This document shows positions 56,908 through 64,000 of a stretch of 64,000 nt of DNA, piece by piece; positions within the stretch are counted from its first letter, which is position 1, and each line of letters begins with the position of its first letter. Source of the DNA: the human T2T-CHM13v2.0 reference genome, Homo sapiens. The notes beneath the pieces are model-generated. The model searched no databases, was not told the origin of the DNA, and saw nothing but the letters and a program-made list of their open reading frames with translations. The stretch lies in assembly GCF_009914755.1 (NCBI RefSeq), contig NC_060933.1, one strand, 5' to 3'. Position numbers and translations under genes: made by a program.

Positions 56908-57776
56908 TGAAATTGTGTATGACAACCCAAAATTGATCTAAATAAGATTGTATGTTCCAAATATCAAATTTGGAAACATCTGAGACAGATATGACAGGGA
57001 AGAAATTAAGAAATTTGGGCAAAGGGCCTGAAGAGGTTATTTACAAAGCAAGAAATAGAAATAGCTAATAAATATTTGAAAAATGTTCAACATCAAATAT
57101 AATGGGCAGGAGGAGGGAAACAACAATGAAATAACAATTTTCATGTCAAATTGTCAAAGATGAAAGAGATTGGAAAACTCATATGCAGGGGTGTGTGTAC
57201 ACAGGGTTTATCCAGATATTTTCTCCATATGTCATTCAGCTTGGCTTATGGCCTTTTTGTTTGCCATGCACAAAATTTAATTGTTTATAGTACTATTTTC
57301 TTGTTAAAAATTTTTTATTGATACATAATAATTGTACATATTTATGGGTTATATATGGTATTTCAATATATGCATGCAATGTATGATGATCAAATAAGGG
57401 TAACTAGGTTATCCATTGCCTTAAATATTTATCTTCTTTCTGTGGGTAATATTCCAAATCTTCTCTTCTAGCTATTTTGAAATATACAATAAGCTATTAT
57501 TAACTATTATCATTCTATTATACTATTGAACACTAGACCTTATTCCTAATATCTGACTGTATTTTTGTACCTATTACCCAATGCCTCCTCATCCCCCACA
57601 CAGTCCTACCCTTCCCAGCCTCTGTTAACCATCATTCTACTCCACATTCATGATCAGCTTTTTCAGCTTTCACATATGGGTGAGGACATGCGATATTTGT
57701 CTTTCTGCTCCTGGCTGATGTCACTTAACATAATGACCTCTGGTTCCATCCATGCTGAGAATGTCAGGATTTAATT

Positions 57777-57965
57777 TTTTTTTCTTTTTTTTTTCTTTTT
57801 GAGACAGGGTCTTGCTCTGTCAGCCAGCCTGGAGTGCAGTGGCATGATCATGGTTCACTGCAGCCTTGATCTCCCGGGCTTAAGTGATTCTCCCACCTTA
57901 GCCTCCTGAGTATGTAGGACAACAGGTGTGCACCACCACACCTGGCTACTGGCTAATTTCTTTTT

Positions 57966-57998
<33 letters not shown>

Positions 57999-59631
57999 TG
58001 ATAATTCTTGGGTGTTTCTCACAGAGGGGGATTTGGCAGGGTCATGGGACAATAGTGGAGGGAAGGTCAGCAGATAAACAAGTGAACAAAGGTCTCTGGT
58101 TTTCCTAGGCAGAGGACCCTGCGGCCTTCCGCAGTGTTTGTGTCCCTGATTACTTGAGATTAGGGATTGGTGATGACTCTTAACGAGCATGCTGCCTTCA
58201 AGCATCTGTTTAACAAAGCACATCTTGCACCGCCCTTAATCCATTTAACCCTGAGTGGACACAGCACATGTTTCAGAGAGCACAGGGTTGGGGGTAAGGT
58301 CACAGATCAACAGGATCCCAAGGCAGAGGAATTTTTCTTAGTGCAGAACAAAATGAAAAGTCTCCCATGTCTACTTTCTACACAGACACGGCAACCATCC
58401 GATTTCTCAATCTTTTCCCCACCTTTCCCGCCTTTCTATTCCACAAAGCCGCCATTGTCATCCTGGCCCGTTCTCAATGAGCTGTTGGGCACACCTCCCA
58501 GACGGGGTGGTGGCCGGGCAGAGGGGCTCCTCACTTCCCAGTAGGGGCAGCTGGGCAGAGGCGCCCCTCACCTCCCAGACGGGGCGCCTGGCCGGGCGGA
58601 GGGCTGACCCCCCCACCTCCCTCCCGGACAGGGCGGCTGGCCGGGCGGGGGGCTGACCCCCCCACCTCCCTCCCGGACGGGGCAGCTGGCCGGGCAGAGG
58701 GGCTCCTCACTTCCCAGTAGGGGCAGCTGGGCAGAGGCGCCCCTCACCTCCCAGACGGGGCGGCTGGCTGGGCGGAGGGCTGACCCCCCCACCTCCCTCC
58801 CGGACGGGGCGGCTGGCCAGGCGGGGGGCTGACCCCCCCACCTCCCTCCCGGACGGGGCGGCTGGCCGGGTGGGGGGCTGACCCCCCCATCTCCCTCCTG
58901 GACGGGGTGGCTGGCCGGGCTAAGGGGCTCCTCACTTCCCAGTAGGGGCGGCCGGGCAGAGGCGCCCCTCACCTCCCGGACGGGGCGGCTGGCCGGGCGG
59001 GGGGCTGACCCCCCCACCTCCCTCCCGGACGGCACGGCTGGCCAGGCGGGGGGCTGACCCCCCCACCTCCCTCCCGGATGGCACGGCTGGCCGGGCGGGG
59101 GGGCTGACCCCCCACCTCCCTCCCGGATGGGGCGGCTGGCCGGGCGGGGGGCTGAACCCCCCCAACCTCCCTCCCGGACGGGGTGGCTGCCGGGCGGAGA
59201 CGCTCCTCACTTCCCAGATGGGGTGGCTGCCGGGCGGAGAGGCTCCTCACTTCTCAGACGGGGCAGCTGCCAGGCGGAGGGGCTCCTCACTTCTCAGACG
59301 GGGTGGTTGCCAGGCAGAGGGTCTCCTCACTTCTCAGACGGGGCGGCCGGGCAGAGACGCTCCTCACCTCCCAGACGGGGTCTCGGCCGGGCAGAGGCGC
59401 TCCTCACATCCCAGATGGGGCGGCGGGGCAGAGGCGCTCCCCACATCTCAGACGATGGGCGGCCGGGCAGAGACGCTCCTCACTTCCTAGATGTGATCTC
59501 TTTTTTATTTTTGTAGAGACGCAGTCTCCCTATCTTGCCTAGGCTGGCTTTGAACTCCTGGGCTCAAGTAATCCTCCTGACTTGGCCTCCCAAAGTGTTG
59601 GGATTACAGGCATGGGCCACTGCATCTGGCC
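57777..59631 (-). mobile_element. AluJ split at its central A-rich linker by an SVA
   Basis: Right arm at 57777-57958 and left arm at 59507-59631; TSD aggattt(a/c)att. Confidence 0.9.
57967..59497 (-). mobile_element. SVA retrotransposon (young SVA_E/F-like), 5'-truncated within the VNTR
   Basis: Poly-T; SINE-R text (ttattgataattcttgggtgtttctcacagagg...ccctgattacttgagattagggattggtg); GC-rich VNTR at ~58495-59497; no Alu-like or CCCTCT domain; TSD approximately tctttttt. Confidence 0.96.
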
Positions 59632-61429
59632 AGGATTTCATTCTGTTTTATGGCTAATATTCCATTGTGTACATATACCACATTTTCTTATTCATTCATC
59701 TGTTGATGGACACTTATCTTGGCTATTGTGAATAGTGCTGCAGTAAACATAAGTGTGCAGATATCTTTTCAATAGGCTGACTTCCTTTATTTTGGATATA
59801 TACCCAGCCATGGGATTGCTGGATGATAAGCTAGATCTATTTTTAGGTTTTACGGGACCCGCCATACTGTTTTCTGTAGTGGCTATACTAATTTACATTC
59901 CCACCAGCAGTGTTCTCTTTTCACTGCACTCTCTGATCCGATCATTTCTTCGATCTGTTTTTTATAGCATTTGTTATTTTCTGTCTTTTTGATAATAGTC
60001 ACCTTAACCAGGGTAAGATATCTCGTGGTGGCTGATTTGCATTTCCCAGATGATTAGTGATGTTGAGCATTTTTTTCACATACCCGTAGTCCAATTATAT
60101 GTCTTCTTTTGTGAAATGTGTATTCAAATCATTTGTCCATTTTAAAATTGGATTACTTGGCTTTTTGCTATTGAGTTACTTATACATTCAGTTTATTAAT
60201 CCCTGGTCAGACAGAGTTTGCCGGTATTTTCTCTCGTTATGTGAGTTATCTTTTCACTCTGTTAATTGATTCCTTTGCTTTGCAGAAGGTTTTTAGCTTT
60301 ATATAATTGCATGTATCTATTTTTGCTTTTGTTGCCTGAGCTTTTGAGGTGTTACTCAAAAAAATCTCTGCTGAGACCAATGTCCCAAAGCATTTCTTCA
60401 ATATTTTTCCTTCTAGTAGTTTCATAGTTTCAGGTCTTACATTTTAATTTGATTTCCATATAGGGTGCGAGGTGGATGGGGGTGGGGGGTAATAGTTTCA
60501 TTTTTTATGTATGGATATCCAGATTTCCCAGCATTATTTATGGAAGAGCCTATTCTTTCCCCAGTATATGTTCTTGACACCTTTGTCAAAAGTCAGTTGG
60601 CTGTATATGCATAGATTTATTTCTGTGTTCTCTATTCTGTTCTGTTGGTCAGTGTGTCTGTTTTTATGCTAGTACCATGCTGTTTTGGTTTCTACACCTT
60701 TTAGTATATTTTAAAGTCTTCAGCTTTGTTATTTTGCTTGGGATTGTTTTGGCTATTTGGAATCTTTTGTGGTTTCATATGAATTTTAGGACTTTTTTTC
60801 CATTTCTGTGAAGAATGTAATTGGTATTTTGATAGGGATTGCATTGAATCTGTAGATTGCTTTGGGTAGTATGAACATTTTAGCAATACTAATTCTTTCA
60901 GTCCAGGAGCATGGAACATCTTTTCATTTGTTTGTGTTTTCTTCAATTTCTTTGATCCGTTTTTTATAGTTTTCATTGTGTAGTAATTGTTTCAGTCTTA
61001 CAACTTTTATGAGTTTTGGTTATATTACTTTTTTGTGCTGTTAACAATTTGACAACATACTCTCTACTCTTTGATCCAGTAATTCTACTTCTAGGAATTC
61101 GTCCCAAGGCATAAAATGATGTCTGTACTCAAGATTGTTCTTCGTATTGTTGTTAATATTAGTGAATAACTGAGCAAAGTTCCAGGAAAAGAGGACTTGT
61201 TAAAAAGCTTACGGTGTGTATATATATAGACAGATACACACACACTACACAAACATTTATATATATCATTTAAGGAATTATGCAATACATTAATAACCAT
61301 TAAGTAATATATAGATTAATGTTTAGAAAAATATACATAATATTACTAAGTGAAAAAAGCAGTATATATCTCTTTTATGTAAACTTGCATGTGTACCTAT
61401 CAGTTGTAAGCAGTAACTTGATTATAGTT

Positions 61430-61610
61430 GCACAGAGAGTAGTGGTCTGAGGCAGCTGTGCTGTAAAATTAAAAGCACTGAAATGGATTTGGGGGCTTGA
61501 GTTTTAGTCACTGTTTTGCTAACTGTGCTACTCTCGATGTACCTTTTCGTATCTCTGGTCCTCCTAGATGCCCTCCTCTCTAAAAATGAGGGAAGGGATG
61601 GGCATTTAAC
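61430..61610 (+). mobile_element. MIR
   Basis: aaagcactgaaatgg...ctgttttgctaactgtg...ctctaaaaatgagg. Confidence 0.55.
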
Positions 61611-61969
61611 TTCATTAGCAATGACAGATAAACCATAATGACTGTCACATCCCCCTTCTGCAGGCATGGCAGACATTAGAGGTCAGTCTTGGTGTTCTTT
61701 CTCTGGGCTCAGTCACGCTTTAGAATTCTTCCCAGCACACAGTTTTAGGCCACCGTTTCTAAGCAAATTGTACTTTATACTGAAAACTTCTTTGCCATCC
61801 TTGAAAGAGGATCTTAAAAGTTCTTTCAGCTAAAAGATGTCTCTAATCAAGGCACAAAATTATGGTGACAAAATAACAGAGAATGCTTTTTCTGTAAATA
61901 ATTTTTTTAATTTTCTAGTATCCACATTTCTTTTAAAAAGTAAAAAGGTAAAAACAAGTAAAATAAGTG

Positions 61970-62312
61970 TGGATAACATATTTTATTCAATAAGATATTT
62001 TAACATGTAGCTGGTATAAAACAATGATTAATAAGATATTTTACCTTTTCATTTTTGCATACAAAATCTTTGAAATCCACTGTTTATTTAAAGCACATCA
62101 CGTTTCTGCTAATAAATTGTTATTGGAAATACTTGATCTGTATTTAAATTTACAATTTAAAAAGCAGATTCTCATACCCATCTTAAGTTTTCTAATAATT
62201 GATTTGAGTATTAGTTCTTAAGCTTAAATAAAAAATTGAGATAAGGTTGCAGTAGTCACATTTCAAGTATCTGGTAGCACATATATCCAGTGACAACTAT
62301 GTGGATCAGTAG
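61970..62312. mobile_element. MER33/MER3-like hAT-Charlie remnant
   Basis: aataagatattttaccttt...tacaaaatctttgaaatcc...tagtcacatttcaagt...ccagtgacaactatgtgga. Confidence 0.55.
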
Positions 62313-62599
62313 AAGTTTGGGGGATATAGAAACGAAGGTTTTCTAACTTTTAGCTTTCAAGGAGATTGTCCGGTTGGGAAAGCAAGATATGAAAAATAAA
62401 TATGTCAAGAATATAATCCAAAACAATCTAATTAAGTGCTAGAAGTTTGCCATGGACAGACAAAGTGCTACTTGGGAAGGAAGTTCCAGAAACACCACAG
62501 CTGGGTACATTCTTCACCACTCTGAGTGGTGGCAGTGACGCGTTGGCTTTGTGAGAATGGTGTGTCTTACTTGAGAAAGTGTGTGTGTTCTGCCTGCAG

Positions 62600-62688
62600 G
62601 CATGGGACTCGCTGTGCTGGAGAAGTGGCAGCCGCTGCAAACAATTCGCACTGCACAGTCGGAATTGCTTTCAACGCCAAGATCGGAG
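62600..62688 (+). CDS. PCSK5: PCSK5 coding exon (probably exon 6) with the catalytic His (HGTRCAGEV)
   Basis: Acceptor ttctgcctgcag and donor GAG|gtatgg; 89 nt, phase 2-1. Translates (K)[29 protein letters not shown](G), the kexin/furin His motif. Confidence 0.97.
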
Positions 62689-64000
62689 GTATGGGAAACC
62701 AACTCACGTGGATGTAGAAATGCGCCAGTTAGCTCTTTGGCTGACTGGCTTTCAGAATCCTTTTTAAATGGAGGTTAAACGATTGGGCATATCTCTACCT
62801 AATAGTGTTCAACTATTGCTGGCCCCAACATGACCATGTTAGCATGCGCCTTTAAATACATTTAGTTAAAGACTTCTGAAGCAGTCACCCTAAAATATTG
62901 TAAACACTTTTCTTTTAAACAGACTTGAAAAAAATGTTATCTAGTAGTGAAGATGGGGGTCATTGACATTTGTACCAAAATGCTACAATTGGTGCCTGGG
63001 TTAGAACGAACTAATAATATAAACATTAGGCCATAATATCTCTATGGAAAGAAGCATTTTGTAATTCTCTCAAAGTGGAAAATCCTGGTTTTTTGTTTTT
63101 GTTTTTTTTCCTTTGGCTTAGGCTTTTAAAAAGTTCCTTTTAATTGTAATTAAAATGATATATGGCAAAAATCTCCTTTTGTAATCCCATAATATAGTGA
63201 TACTATTTCCATGAATGATTCAGATTATATCTATATGCAGGCATGTATACGTAAAAACTCAATTATACATACACTTACTATAAGGACCCAGCCAAAGCAG
63301 TATAAATTTAAGCATTGATAAAAGCAAACTCTTAACTTTCCCATTTGTAATCATCTTTGTAAGCAACAGCCTGGTGCCACAGCCACACACAAATGGGAAG
63401 AAAATATTGTAATAGATTCTATGGATCCTCATGATTTTATCATTATGCCTGAAGGTATTCCCTAGGGGTCTCCTAAGAGCGTCATAAGATGAATGAAGCT
63501 CCTGGAACCAGATTGACCTCCTTGTTTCCAATGCATTATTTGTTTTCAAGTGGGAAATAGTGTTAGAACTAAAAAATAAAAATGACAATTCTTTCTAGGA
63601 TAGGAATATAAATATAGAGATTCCCTAACATGAAATATTTAAGGTATACAATAATAGAACTAAGAAAAGGCTTTCTGAAACTACCTTGAATATTGGTCCA
63701 TAGTGCATTTGACCTCTTTCTTTCCTTTTTCTCCCCCTGAATTCTTATGAGTATGATAGTTTGTTAAGCAGTAATTAATTAGCGGGGAGCATCTGCTATT
63801 TATTAAGCACAATGCATATGAAAGAGCTAAAGAAAAGAGGCAAAGAAAAAAATTCTTCGTTCCCTGAAGAATGATGAGTTTTGGAGGCCCCTCATCATCC
63901 CAAGAGAATTATATCAGAGGCGGCCAGGTCAGCCCTTCTCATGGTCCAGGATATAGTTTCTCGCATACACAGACACACAGCCCCAGGTTCTTATCAATAC

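Larger units (their letters stand above)
57311..60979 (-). mobile_element. L1MA-type 3' segment, interrupted at 57777-59631 by AluJ plus SVA
   Basis: L1MA 3' end tttttattgatacataataattgtacatatttatggg...; continues after 59632 into ORF2-like text (ggtattttgatagggattgcattgaatctgtagattgctttggg). Confidence 0.85.

Noticed and set aside
57855-59542. Many overlapping 60-155 aa ORFs, most of them Pro/Gly/Arg-rich
   Set aside because: They arise from the SVA SINE-R and its stop-poor GC-rich VNTR.

Overview
Primate, almost certainly human, genomic DNA. The window is an internal, mostly intronic segment of PCSK5 (proprotein convertase PC5/6) on the + strand. It holds three coding exons: 18395-18538 (144 nt), 21618-21694 (77 nt) and 62600-62688 (89 nt), probably exons 4-6 (numbering from memory). 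They splice GT-AG in one frame to give [103 protein letters not shown], which includes the catalytic Asp and His of the subtilisin-like domain. The rest is intron rich in transposable elements: many Alus, a two-LTR THE1 element, a truncated LTR8/ERV1 provirus, MLT1/MLT2 LTRs, DNA transposons (MER53, MER63, MER1B, Tigger2a, MER58), L1/L2/MIR relics, and a young 5'-truncated antisense SVA nested in an AluJ inside an L1. Repeat family names come from recognising consensus sequences by eye and need RepeatMasker/Dfam confirmation. I found no convincing new gene or new biological system. The most unusual observations are short ~90%-identical duplications of non-tandem sequence, junction palindromes suggesting template switching, atypical retrotransposition products, and candidate splicing or enhancer elements.
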